From Chrysemys picta bellii (Eukaryota): a DNA stretch of 64,000 nt. The DNA lies in contig NC_088791.1 of the NCBI RefSeq assembly GCF_011386835.1, positions 350,114,001 to 350,178,000 on the forward strand, written 5' to 3'. Numbering within the stretch: the stretch's first letter is position 1; every line of letters begins with the position of its first letter. This document shows positions 20,863 to 33,460 of this stretch, in pieces. The notes below the pieces were generated by a model. It saw only the letters and a program-made list of their open reading frames with translations, was not told where the DNA came from and ran no database searches. The position numbers and the translations under genes were made by a program.

Positions 20863-23800
20863 CTAAATCGTTTCACTGATGCATGGGCTGCTGCAGACAA
20901 GCCTTTCCAGGGGATCCCTGTGTTATAGCTGGTAAAGCCACCCTGCAGAGGTCCAGGGCCTGCTGGGTGTGGGAAGTTGATGGGGGGGGTTAGTGCTGCC
21001 ACCTAGGGGTGTGGACCTGTAGCATGAGAGAGAGGCTCATTGACTGAGCCAGAGCTGAGCTGGAAAATTGAATTTATTTCCCTCCACAAAAAATGTTGAG
21101 CCAAACTGAAATGTTTCCTCTTCATCCATTTTTGGGGTGAGTTTTCAAGAAAACTGATAATTTTTCTCTGAAACCTCAGTTGTGACTATGCTGCACAGAT
21201 GTAGCGGCCTGGATCCCCAAGAGAAATTGGAGGCTTTTCATCTGCCTCTCCCTCACAACATCAATGAAGGTGGCACTGAGGGAGTCTATGGCTGCACTCC
21301 GATTATAGAAAGGTTGAAATCTCCCGACCAGTCTAGGGCTGGGGTATTATGTCCATCAGCTACTTTAACCCACGTTCCCATCTCTGTGCAGCCCCCTCCA
21401 CCCTGTACAACATCCCTTTGGCAAATCTTACAGGCAGTGGCTGCTGTGTCAGGCCCTGGTAGCACATCTCTGATTAACCTGTTCTAGCAGGGAGCTGGAG
21501 AGGGTCCTAGAGCAGTTGTGGAGGCTCAGAGATTGTGGGTGGATGGGCCAAGCTACCAGTGGATCACTGAGATCTGTGCCTAACTATGGGGATGTCTGGA
21601 TCCTGGGTCCACCTTTTCATTCCTCAGGGTAAAGGGAAGAGAACCTTCTACTGGAATAATCCAAGGCAAATCTCCATGTCTGGAGCTTATGGAATCTCCC
21701 TTCCCTGGCCTGCACCCTGGGTTTGTAATGCAGGAAAAGGGGCTGCCGGGGAGAAATCTGGTCCTAAATTATTATTATTATTATTATTTTATTTTTCTAT
21801 TTTATTTTATTTCATTTAATCAACATCACAGTTGTGACAGCATCATTGTTACCACTTGGTCGCCCTCGAGGTAGCCCTGTGACTAATCAGAACCATAGGA
21901 ACAACAATGACAAACCCGGATTCCAGGAACAAAGCCTGCAACAGGGCTTGGCACTGCAGTCCAGATGGGCAGCATCACCCCACATCCCCTGTGATTTGGC
22001 CTCCTGCAGTTTGCCATTGGCCGTGACAAGGTTAAAGCTGGTGCACACGAAGCCAAGCAGCTGAGGTTCCCTGATGGCCAAGTGGCCCCCAAGGAAATGT
22101 ACAAACATGCTTCATAAAGACAGTTCCCTCCCTGTCTGAACAGATACTGCCTGCTGCCCATGCAACCTCTCTGATGACTCCTTGTCCTTTAGGGTGAAGA
22201 CCTCTGGTGTCAGCGGCTCCCCTGCTAGCAGGAATTGGGTACGTTGGCAGGTTTCACTATCTTTACAATGCGAAGAGAAGGGGAAAGGCTGCAAGCTGGT
22301 TACATTTCCAGATGTTTTGTGCTGCAGCATGGGACTAAACTGTGCTCTTGGGGTAAATGAGTGACGGGGCTGGAGGGCAGGCAGCACTAGGTAGCTTGGG
22401 AACCCCTCCCCTATATGTGCCTATGTTACACACTCAGTTATTTAAGCTACGAAGAGATTCAAAACAATCTCGGAATGTTAAAACCACAGTGCCCAGAGTC
22501 AGGATTTCTCAAGGGGTCCCATTTCTAGAGGTGCTGTGTGCTCTGGGCTCGATCCTGACAGCGGGTGAGTGAGAGGAGACCCCACAGAATATCAGTGACT
22601 AGTTCCCAAATCACCTCAACTTTATTTGCTCCGGGAAATTCAATCAACAAATGAATTTTCAACAATTTTATTCTCCGGCTCGATTATGAATGCAGGAATT
22701 CAGATCTGCATTGTTCTGCAGTAACTGGTCTGATAGGGCATATTTCTGTTTCCTGATGACAGAATGAGGGCTCTACAATCTCTGTCCTGTAGATACACCT
22801 CAGAGTTACAGGGCTACTGGCATTTCTACCCCTTGTCTGGTCTCTGAGTGCCAGAGGTCAGGCCTCGTAACCGTCCCTCTCATGGGGTGGAATCCTGTGA
22901 TCTTCCCATCCTCAGACTGGGCCCTGGGCTACAGCACACTGTGGTCGACTGTACCTGCCCAGCAGGTTCAAGTGAGTTTGGCACCTGTGGTTCTTCCCTC
23001 TAGGAATCTCAGAGTAGTGATGAGACAAGTGATCAGCCAGTCTTCTTGAACCAAAATACGGTAACAGTAGGAATAAAGAGAATGGGAGAATAAGATCATT
23101 TTCAAACAGCAGTCTGTACCTGTCTCTGACCTCCAAACCCTCCCACTCCCCGGGGACCCAGGCAAGCTGAGGGCCTTCAGCCTTCCCCAGCTGGTGTGTG
23201 CCTGTCAGTCTGAAGAGCTTCTCAGCAACAGCTGCCCCAGCTCTGGACAGACTCCCAGCTCTGGCAAAACAAGCTGTGTAATGTGTCTGGAGCCTGGAAA
23301 TAGGATCTTTCCAGCTTGTAGCTCCGGTGTTGTCTCTCAACCTCCCTGAAGTGCTCACTGAGTGATGACTTTTCTTCAGCTGTTGCTTCCCTTCCTGCTT
23401 GTATTCCAGCAGCCTGCTGTTAAACTAAGAGCCATACTGATTTAATACACTACAGTCATACCATAAACATCCCAATAGTTAACCCAATATAGCTCTACAG
23501 GAAACATCCGAAGAACTGGGTTTATCATACACATTCGTTATGGCAGCTCAGCTCCATGTCTGTCCCAATATCGTTCCCGGGTTCTACGCATTTTATGAAT
23601 ACATGACGTAGGCAGTCAGAGAGACAGAGAGAGAGAGAGACAGAGAGAGCAATAGACTACTTTCATATGTGAAATGAAGTTCCATTTCCATGACTACTCA
23701 TGTTTTTGACTTTGAAATCCACTTCCTGCAAACCCTCATCATATCTGAGTAACAGGTGCAGGGGTTACTATGTATTAAAGACTGAGAGGGAATGAGTATT

Positions 23801-25646
23801 TTATATCCTGATCCCAATGCCTGTTACCACTCCAGCTACAGGCTACAGACTGATAGAACAGAACCTGAGGAGAACCAGTCAGCTATTAACCCGGGACAGA
23901 GGAACTACTAAACTTTTGTTTGCTGACAAGTGACCGAATGAGGGCTGAGACACTACGATCTAACCTATGAAATCATCACTGAAAGAGTATTGGAAGGGAA
24001 AGAATGGGTTAACATGTGTGCTAGAGTACAGATGTGTAAATGTTATCTCAAAACTTTTCATTGTAATACAAATATTACAAACCAAACTTTCATGACATTC
24101 ATGTACAGGTATATCGAAAGCGAGCAGAAGAGTTGTTGGAATCTCTACAGGAAGGAGCAGTGATAACTTAATGGCTTTCGCTTTAGAAAGTATTTTAGAA
24201 GTACTCCACATACTGTTTGCAATGGGTTTGTGCTATTAACTCTTTGTTCAGTGAATAGTTGTATGATACTGTCACCTGGTAAGTGACCAGTAGCTGTTTC
24301 TAACACTAACATTCAGGGTCATGAACCAGTCCCTCTGCAATACCTGTGCAAGATTTCCCCAAAAGTCCTGAGTGACCAGAACCGCAGGTCTGTGTTTCAG
24401 CAAAGAGTGGAGCTGAGGTGCAGGAAAGGGGAGTGTAATAGGGGTTGTATGTAACTTACACCTATCACCTATTACATGAGCATGGGTGAAGTAACTTGCA
24501 CAGTCAACTGTATATTAATGCAAACATAGTGTTTGTATATTCATCCATTTTTTATGCCAACCCCACCCCAGCCCAGCTTAAATAACTGTCTGTTATCAGC
24601 TTGTACCTTGCCAGATATCTACAGACCATTGCATGGGGAGAGGTTGCAGGTCCTGTGAGGATGAAGAGAAGCCTGTGGGATCATCTAACTCTGTGGATTC
24701 AGACAACACTGGCAAGCAAAGCACTTCAGCTCCTCCTGGAGAGATCTTGGGGGTCAGAGTGTATCACTGGGAGCATTTGATAATTCAGCCTGGTTCTGAT
24801 TGAATTTACACCTGTAAATCTGTAGTGACACATTTAAAGTCACTGTTATTGAATTAAGAACCTAGCCCCTAGAATTTATCCCATGTGCTGCAATGAGGCA
24901 GTGGAATAATTTGGACTCTCAGGAGTGGAGAAAAATAAAAATAAAATGTATATAATGAGGCAATGAAACACATTAACAAATAGCTTCAATGCAGGACAGA
25001 TAAATACAATGACCTTTTTCACCATGCACTTGCATTTTTTGTACATATGTCATGATACAATGGGCCACACTCCGAAGTAGAGGGCCAGAAAGTGTGTCTG
25101 TGTGAAGGTCACAATTGTAAAATAACACAGTGCTTACGTAGGCTGCAGAATTCCCAGACACAAGATATCAAGGGGGCCAAGAGTTTAGAAGGATTCAAAG
25201 AGGGACTGGATGTTTATATGGGTAAACAGAAAATCTAATTACTGTAGTGAGGATGGTGTCAAAAAGTCTCGGAAGGGCTCTAAACCTTCCTGATTTACAT
25301 CACAAAATATATCTAATTAGTGGGTGTCAGTGGGAAATTTTCCCTACGAGCAGGTCATCTCATAGCTGCCTATTGCAGGGCTTTCTCCACCTACTTCCGA
25401 AACATCTGGAACTGGCCACTGGATAGTGCACTAGATGGACTGCAGATGTGATCCAGTCTGGAAGTGTCTATCTTCCTATTGGTGGTATAAATCCAAGACT
25501 ATGTTTTTCTGATCTTGTTTGAGTTCCTGGGAGTCTCTAGACTTCTGTCAGAGCAGAAAGATGTCTAGGTAAATATCATCTAGTCTCCTGTTCTTTTTCC
25601 TTTCAGGAAAGAAAGATCAATACTCCTCGGACCTGCCCAGTACATT

Positions 25647-26582
25647 ATGTCAGTTGTCAATGACACCAAATTCAGCTTTTCAGTGTTCATTCTCACTGGG
25701 ATACCTGGGCAAGAAGACATCCATCTCTGGATCTCTATCCCCTTCTGCTTAATGTATCTTATTTCGATAGTAGGAAATTCAGTCATTCTGTTCATTATAA
25801 AAACAGATCCAAGCCTTTATGAGCCCATGTACATTTTCCTTTCCATGTTGGCCATCACAGATCTTGGCTTATCGATAGCCACCATACCGACGATACTGGG
25901 CATATACTTGTTTAACTCTAGGGAAATCAGCCTCGATGCCTGTTTAGCCCAGCTCTTCTTCATCCACTTTCTTCAATGCACTGAATCCTCTGTGCTCTTG
26001 TTGATGGCCTTTGACCGCTTCATCGCAATTCATGACCCGCTGAGATATGCTTCCATCTTAACCCTGCCGAGAATAGCCAAGATGGGACTGGTGTGTGTGC
26101 TAAGAGGGGTGGTTGTAGTAGTCCCACTCCCCCTTCTCCTGAAACGGTTCCGATACTGTCAAGCCAATGTCCTCTCCCATTCCTATTGCCTACACCAGGA
26201 GGTCATGAAGATGGCTTGTTCGGATATCACAGTCAACAACATCTACGGCTTGTTTGTTAAAGTCTTAACGATGGGATTGGACTCGCTGCTCATCTTCCTC
26301 TCTTATGTGATGATTCTCAAAACAGTGCTGAGCATCACGTCTCACACAGAGTGCCTCAGGGCCCTGAACACTTGTGTCGCCCACCTCTGTGCTGTCGTGG
26401 TCTTCTACACACCAGAGATCAGCTTGTCTGTGTTACATAGATTCGGGAAGGGCTATTCTCCCTTGCTTCAAATTCTCCTGGGCTACATCACACTGCTGGT
26501 CCCACCCGTGATGAATCCAATAGTTTACAGCGTGAAAAGCAAACACCTTCGTGCAAAGATAATCAGGGCATTCTTCAAGTGA
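25647..26582 (+). CDS. OR2: class I olfactory receptor, family 51-like, intact 311 aa
   Basis: LYEPMY, MAFDRFIAIHDPLRY, HSYCLHQEVMKMAC, RALNTCVAH, HRFG, PPVMNPIVYSVK; closest in sequence to OR1. Confidence 0.97.
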   Translation: MSVVNDTKFSFSVFILTGIPGQEDIHLWISIPFCLMYLISIVGNSVILFIIKTDPSLYEPMYIFLSMLAITDLGLSIATIPTILGIYLFNSREISLDACLAQLFFIHFLQCTESSVLLLMAFDRFIAIHDPLRYASILTLPRIAKMGLVCVLRGVVVVVPLPLLLKRFRYCQANVLSHSYCLHQEVMKMACSDITVNNIYGLFVKVLTMGLDSLLIFLSYVMILKTVLSITSHTECLRALNTCVAHLCAVVVFYTPEISLSVLHRFGKGYSPLLQILLGYITLLVPPVMNPIVYSVKSKHLRAKIIRAFFK

Positions 26583-27026
26583 AGGGTCAGTTCCTCACCC
26601 AGCTCCAGTGCTGGTGACATGAGAGAAGAAGAACTTGGGCCATGGCCAGGGCCACCAATTCCATCATACATCCGAGACAATATGAGCTACTTATCTCCAC
26701 TCTGTAAAAAGAGTTTCTGACTGGTTCTAAGGCCTGGCAGAAAGGGAGAGGAGCTGGTGAGGGAGGACAGGGCAATGGGGGAAGGAGACCAAAGCAGGCC
26801 TCAGCATTTATAAAGTGAGAGAGCCAGTGGACCTGTGGGATGTTAGCCCATAAAGAGCCATATTGGTGGCTGTTCTGACCTTAGAATTCCTCTTTATACA
26901 AACAAGATGGAAAAATACAGGTAGCAAAATAGAGTCCAGTATCATGTGGTCTGGTCCCATGCCCTGGCATGTCCTGGTGAGTCATCGCAGCCATTACCCG
27001 TAGGCTGGCTGGAGTGATCTCAGGAA

Positions 27027-27388
27027 GGTGGCCCATTTCAAACAGTTGACAAGAAGGTGTGAGTATTTAGCAAAGGCCACCTTCTTTGGTCTCATTAACA
27101 GTACAAAAGTGATTTCCACTCCTTCTTGTCAACTGTTGAGAATAGCCCACCTCCAACTTAATTGAATTAACTCATTAGCACTGACCCCTCCACTTGGTAA
27201 GGCAACTCCCATATTTTCATATGCTGTGTATTTATACCTCCCTACTGGATGTTCCACTCCATGCATCTGATGAAGTGGGTGTTAGCCCATGAAAACTAAT
27301 GCCCAAATAAATGTTAGTCTCTAAGATGCCACAAGGCCTCCTCATAGTTTTTGCTGATACAGACTAACACGGCTACCTCTCTGAAACC
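27027..27388 (+). mobile_element. Penelope-like element 3' pseudo-LTR fragment with a short inverted 5' piece
   Basis: Ends gttagtctctaagatgccacaagg..cagactaacacggctacctctctgaaac; inverted repeat cagttgacaagaagg (27043-27057) / ccttcttgtcaactg (27121-27135); related to 59160-59612. Confidence 0.75.
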
Positions 27389-27401
27389 CCTTAATACAGT
27401 C

Positions 27402-27407
27402 AATAAA
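27402..27407 (+). terminator. Candidate polyadenylation signal of OR2
   Basis: Conserved caataaagag, pushed ~490 bp downstream by the insertion at ~26905-27390. Confidence 0.5.
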
Positions 27408-28119
27408 GAGAAGGGAGGTGAATGTTGTTTCCCATTACACTTGACCTGTCACTGACCCATCTCTGGTTAAACGTCCACTGGCCATGAAAAAAGCTGTGGA
27501 GCTGTTGTGCAGTCACAGTCTTGGCCCTTTCTGCTAGGTCTGTCACCGCTCAGATGGCTGGAAGGCTGGTCCTGTGGTCTGGGCATGGCTCTACGACTCA
27601 AGAGAGCTGGGTTTGATTCCCTGACATGTGTGACCATGGGCAAGCCATTGGCTGTCTCTGAGACTCGGCACAGGTGAATAATAGACTTTCCCTGCCTCAC
27701 AGCAGTGACAGGAGGATAAATACATTCCAGTGCTCAGACACTCTGAGACCCTAAGATCGGGGCTACGCCAGGGTTCCACAGAGCAACACCTCTGACATTT
27801 GTGTATAAAGAGCCTCCTGTGACAGATGGCTTCTGGGAAACCTGGTGACTCTTGCACCTTGCTGTTTGTGGGAGTGCTCGGGGTGACAGTGAGGGGTAGG
27901 GAGTGGATTTCTGAGGGGAGTGTTGAAGTGTCACAGGGATGCTGGGAGTTTCAGCAGAGTCACTGGATCAGTGTTTGTAAGCCATTGAAGCTGAATGGGG
28001 TTAACTGTCAAGCAATGGAGCAACAGCCACGTGGGCCTCATCCCAGATGTCTGGCTGGGAGAAAGCAGTCTGAGGGCAAAAGTCAGCTACACACCTTGGC
28101 CCTGTAACACGGACACGGC

Positions 28120-29932
28120 AGATCCTGCATGAGGAACTGGGCCTCCGCCGAAAGCCCGGACAGGAGTTGCCACAACACCCTGCACATGGAGATCACGGAG
28201 GCCATCGAGCGAGTCGCCGTATCCGCCGCGTCCGATGCTGCCTGCAGGGCTGCTTTGGCTGCCGTCGCCCCCTCGTCCACCAATGCCTTAAAGTCCTTCC
28301 TATCCCGCTCTGAGAGGAGTGGCTCGAACTTTGGCAGGTACTCCCATAAATTAAAATCATATCGGCTCAGTAAGTCCTGATGGTTGGCCACCCTGAGCTG
28401 GAAACTCAAAGAGGAGTAAAGTTTTCTACCAAAAGAGTCTAGTCTCCTGGCGTCTTTATTCTTGGGGGTGGGTGCGGGCTGGCCCTGCTGCTCCCGGTGG
28501 TTCACTGATTCCACCACCAGAGAGTTAGGTGCTGGGTGAGAGTAGAAGTATTCGTGGTTCTTGGCCGGCACAAAATACTTCCTCTCAGCCGTCTTGGAAA
28601 TTGGGGCCAGAGGGACTTAACCACAGGGCCTTGGAGATGTTGGTTACTCCTTGGTGAAGGGGTAAAGCCACACGGCCCGGCACCAAGGGGGACAGTACAT
28701 TAAAGAGGGAATCGGACTGGCCCTCCATCTCCTCGGCCTGCAGCTGGAGGCTCGACACCACCCGCTTTAGCAGGTCTTGATGCGCCCTGAAGTCTTCCTG
28801 TGGAGCGGAGGGCGGTGGTGCCGTGATGGTATCATCTGGTGCAGGAGAGGAGGCCGGTACGAGGTTGTGGGCCGCAGCTGGTGCCGAGGATCAACCCCCA
28901 GGTCGGAGTCCGGGCGCGGAGCTGACAACTCATGATCTGTCGATTTGTCCCTTGGCCTAGATAACGAGGCCAACGATGAGCAGCGGGTTCCTGGTTGGGT
29001 GGGCATCGGCGGCCACGGTGCCCATTGACACCATTGTCCCTGCCATGGGGCCCATTGCCACTGTCCATGCTGCAGGCCAGGTGGCACTATCTGGTCCAGC
29101 TGATTGGTACGGCCCAGCGAGGGGTGGCTGGGTGCCGAGGCCGAGGTCACCACCGACCGAACAGTACCATAGGAGCGGTGGGAGCGACAGTGCCTACGAT
29201 GCCGTCTTCCACGGGACTGGGACCTCGATGTCGAGGACCAGTAGTCCCCGGAAATACTGTTCCGAGATTCGCTTCGGTGCCTAGAGCTGCGGTGCCATGG
29301 TGCCAGTGACGTATGTGACGTCTGACAGAGCAGGAGCTCGAGCGGGAGCATCGACGTCGGTCGCACCGAGACCGGCTACGATAGCTGCGTTGTGAAGAGG
29401 AACGCCTTCTATGCCTATCTCAGTGCCTGCGCCCACTGCTGCATGGCGTGGAGGGACCCTGAGACTCCTGCCCAGATGGCACTAAACCCAATAACCCGGC
29501 TGGAGTCGAGGGTGGTGGACACGGGCTGCGAGTGGACCTGTTGCTGCGTGCCGAATGAGGTAGAGAGCAGTCTTCGGAGTGAGAACTGCACCATACCAGG
29601 GAGGCCTGTCGAGCCCTGGGCCCACTCTAACAACTGACAACTACTTTCTACGAGCTACTAATAACTAGCTAAAGGTACCACTAAGATCAACTGGAAAGGC
29701 TGCAGCAGAGCAGGAGCAAGAAGTTCCAACGCACCTTTACTGGCGGTCAGAAGGAACCGAGGGTGGGGGGAGCGCGCTGCTCCCCTTATAGCGCGATATA
29801 GAGGTGCCACTCCAGGGGTCGCAGCAGTCCTCCCCTCCTACGGGTACTGCTAAGGGAAAAACTTCTGGCACTGGGGCACGTGGTGCACATGAACACCTGC
29901 TGTGGAATACACATGAGCAAGCACTCGAAGAA
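28120..29932 (-). mobile_element. DIRS-like retrotransposon, 5' part only (terminus plus ORF1/gag with a LAP2alpha-like domain)
   Basis: Minus-strand terminus TTCTTCGAGTGCTTGCTCATGTGTATTCC; ORF 28083-28571 KDARRLDSFGRKLYSSLSFQLRVANHQDLLSRYDFNLW..AALQAASDAADTATRSMASVISM..MQDLP resembles DIRS1 ORF1; no RT or recombinase present. Confidence 0.8.
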
Positions 29933-29934
29933 TA

Positions 29935-30197
29935 ACTGTAGTAGGCTGGATTTGTTTCTGTGTGCTAGGCAGTACGGTGGAACAGGAAGTTGATGCTCTC
30001 TGAGATTTCACAGGAATCCTTCACAGAGATCTCTAGGAAACTTTCCTGGAGGTACTCCGCAGTCCTCTACTGCAGGCTCCTTGCCAGAGCTGCTTTGACC
30101 TTGCCCCACTGAAAAACAGTTTCCTGCGCCATTCTGCAATTACTGGGCAGGGACCAAAGCTGCACACAGGCGAGCAGCATAAGAACTGGGGCGGAAG
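29935..30197. mobile_element. Probable Harbinger-like DNA transposon fragment
   Basis: gaaactttcctggaggtactc..gcagcata resembles a reptile repeat recalled from memory; no termini seen. Confidence 0.35.
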
Positions 30198-30390
30198 CAG
30201 GGATGGCTCCAGGCACCAGATGAGAAAGCACGTGCCTGGGGCGGCACATTGTAAGGGGCAGCATTCTGGCCAATCTTGGGGCGGCCAGCCCAGCCCTGAA
30301 GGGGCACGGACCCCTACCGGGGGGGCAGGAACTAGTGATCCACGCTGCTCATCGTGCTGCTGGGCTCCCTAGGACGCGCCACTCCCCACT
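30198..30390 (+). mobile_element. 5' fragment of a CAGGGCCGGC-type hAT MITE
   Basis: cagggatggctccaggcaccag..aagcacgtgcctggggcggca parallels the start of 17881-18378. Confidence 0.65.
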
Positions 30391-30535
30391 CCTGGTTTGA
30401 GCTAGAGGTCGGCTGGAAAATAGAGTTTCCTCCCCTCCCCCATGAGAAATGCTGACCCAAACTAAAATGTTTCCTTTTTTTTGCAGTGAGTTTTCATAGA
30501 AAATGGATCATTTTCCCCTGAAAGCTCATCTGCCA

Positions 30536-30867
30536 GCTGTTTTTTTCAAACAATGCACAGTCAACCTGTGGAACTCCTTGCCAGATGATGTTGTGAAGGC
30601 CAAGAGTATAACAAGGCTCAAAAAAGAACTAGATAATTCATGGAGGATAGGTCCATCAATGGCTATTAGCCAGTTTGGGCTAGTGTCCCTAGCTGCTTTC
30701 TGTCAGAAGCTGAGAATTGTTGACAGGGGATGGATCACTTGATGATGACCTGTTCTGTTCATTCCCTCTGGGGGCACCTGGCACTGGCCACTGTAAGAAC
30801 ACAAGAAACTGGGCTAGATGGACTTTGGACTGTCCCGGTATGGCCGTTCTTAGTTCTTATGTTCTTA
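30536..30867 (+). mobile_element. 5'-truncated CR1 LINE
   Basis: Tail gttcttagttcttatgttctta; 5-bp TSD TGCCA (30531-30535, 30868-30872); empty site at ~60310. Confidence 0.85.
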
Positions 30868-31312
30868 TGCCATGATGCTGCTCAGCTGCAACTACCTGGA
30901 TCCCCAAGAGAAATTGGAGGTTTTTATCTGTCTCATCCTCGTAACGCAAATGAAGGTTTCACTTGTGGAGTCTATGGCTGCACTCTGATTATGGAAAGGT
31001 CAAAAGCTCCCTGCCAGGCCATAGCTGAGGTATTGTGTCCATCAGCTACTCTAACCAGCCTTCCCATCTCAGTGCAACCTCCTCCACCCTGAAGAAGGCC
31101 GCTTCAGCAGATCCTGTGGGAAGTGGCTATTGTGACAGGCCCTGGTAGCACATTTCTAATGAACCTGTGCTAGCAGAGCTGGAGAGGGTCCTAGAGCAGT
31201 TGTGGAGGCCAGAGATTGTGGGTGGGTGGGCCTAGCTACCAGAGGATCACTGAGATCTGTGCCTAACTATGGAGATCCCTGGATTCTGGGGCCCCTTGTT
31301 TGTTACTCTTGG

Positions 31313-31514
31313 AGAATTGTAGGACTGGAAGAGACTTCTAGAGGTCATTGAGTCCAGACCCCTGTGCTCATAGCAGGACTAAGTATTATCTAGGCCATCC
31401 CTGACAGGTCTTTGTCTAAACTGCTCTTAAAAATCTCCAATGATGGGGATTCCACAACCTCCGTGGGTGATTTATTCCATTGCTTATCTACATTGACAGT
31501 TAGGAAGTTTTTCC
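31313..31514 (-). mobile_element. CR1 3'-end fragment
   Basis: agaattgtaggactggaagagac..ggggattccacaacctcc..gacagttaggaagttttt is the reverse complement of a CR1 3' end; U-block deletions adjoin it. Confidence 0.7.
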
Positions 31515-32071
31515 CCTACTGGAACGATTCAAGGATTACAGCTGGTGCACATGAAACCAATCAGCTGAGGTTCCCTGATGGCCAAGTGGCCCCCAAGGGA
31601 ATGTGCAGACATGCTTCATAAAGACAGTTGCCTCCCTATCTGAACAGATACTGCCTGCTGCTCATGCAACCTCTCCGATGACTCCTTGCCCTCTAGGATG
31701 AAGACCTCTGGCAGCTCCCATCTAGCAGGAATTGGGTACGTTGGCAGGTTTCACTATCTTTTAAATGCGAAGTGAAGTGTAAAGGCTGCAAGCTGTTTCC
31801 ATTTGCAGATGTTCTGTGCAGCGGCAGAGGACTCAGTTGGGCTGAGGGCAGGCAGCGGTGGGTAACTTGGGAACCCCTCCATTACATCTGCCAATGCTCC
31901 ATGGTGGGTTGTTCAAGCAACACAGAAATCTGACATTCACTGACTGAGCCTGTAGTGTTAAAACCCCGATGCCCAGAGTCAGGGGTCCCATTTCTAGAGG
32001 TGCTGTTTGCTCTGGGCCCAATCCTGCCAGGGGCTGAGCAAGACGAGACCCCACAGAATATCAGTGACTCG

Positions 32072-32225
32072 TTGCCCCATTGAAAAACAGTTTCCCGCGC
32101 CATTCTGCAATTACTGGGTAGGGACCAAAGCTGCACACAGGCGAGCAGCATAAGAACTGGGGCGGAAGCAGGGCCAGCTCCAGGCACCAGACAAGAAAGC
32201 ACGTGCCTGGGGCGGCACATTGTAA
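32072..32225 (+). repeat. 154-bp local copy of 30101-30254 patched into the U block
   Basis: About 8 mismatches in 154 nt; spans the same junction between two different repeats as the donor. Confidence 0.85.
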
Positions 32226-33329
32226 TCAGCAATACATTTTCAAAGGTTTTATTCTCTGGCTCGATTGTGAAGGCAGGAATTCAGAGCTCTGTTGCTCTGT
32301 GGTAACAGGTCCGATAGGGCATATTTCTGTTTCCTGACTGGCTGAGGGCTCCAGCACTTCTGCCCTGTAGAGACCCCTTAGAGTTACAGGGCTACCAGCA
32401 GCTCTGCCTCCTCGCTGGTCAGTGAGTGCCAGATGTCAGGCCTTGTAGCCTTAGCTCTCATGGGTGGAATCCTGCGATCCTGCCACCCTCAGACTTGGCC
32501 CTGGCTACAGCACACTGGTGGTCAACTGGGCTTGCCAAGCAGGTCCAAGTGGGTTCAGCACCTGTGGTTCTTCCCTTTGTGAGCCTGTGACTAATGCTGA
32601 GATGAGTGACCAGTCAGCCTCCTTGAACCAAAATACTGTTTAATCTGAACAGTAGGACTAAAGCCTAACAGGGGAGAATGAGCGTTTTCAAACAACAGTC
32701 TGTACGTCTCTGACCCCAAAGCCTCCCCCTTCCGATAGGGACCCAGGTGAGCCGTGCACTTTTAGATTTCCCCAGTGATGTCTGTCCCTGTCAGACTGAA
32801 GAGCTTCTCAGCAACAGCTGCCCCAGCTCTGGACAGGCTCCCAGCACTGGCAAAACAAGCTGTGTGATGTGGCTGGAGCCCGGGAATAGGATCTTCCGAC
32901 CCTGTAGCTCCAGTGTTGTCTCTCAACCTTCCTGAAGTGCTGACTGAGAGATGGCTTTTCTTGGGCTGTTGCTTCCCTTCCTGCTTGTTTTCCAGCAGCC
33001 TGCTGTTAAACTGAGGAGATCCATACTGGTTTCACCCAATACAACCATAACATCAACATCCCAATAGTTAACCCAATGTAGCTCTACAGCAAACATCCCC
33101 AGAACTGGGTTTAACACACACATTCATTACAGCAGCTCAGCTCCATGTCTGTCCCAGTGCCGTTCCCGAGTGCTATGGATTTCATGAATACAGGACATAG
33201 ACAGTCAGAGCGCAATAGACGACTTTCATCTGGGCAAAGAAGTTCCACATGCATTTGACTTTGAAATCCACGTCCTGCAAACCCTCAACGTGGCTGACTA
33301 ACAGGTGCTGGGGTTACTATGCACTAGAC

Positions 33330-33460
33330 CAGTGGATTTCAACCTGTGGTCTGTGGCCCATGGGGGTCTCCAGACCATGTCTAACATTTCCAAAGGTATT
33401 CAGACCTCCGTTCAAAATTTATTAGGGCTCCACACATGAAAAAAAGGTTGAAAACCACTG
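33330..33460. mobile_element. Small hAT-Charlie-like MITE (131 bp)
   Basis: Termini CAGTGGATTTCAACC...GGTTGAAAACCACTG; decayed TSD cactagac/tactagag; absent from other U blocks. Confidence 0.8.

Larger units (their letters stand above)
20810..28119 (+). repeat. OR duplication unit 2
   Basis: Collinear with the other units; D block carries a ~1.3 kb deletion near 27540 and is cut at 28119 by DIRS sequence. Confidence 0.9.
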
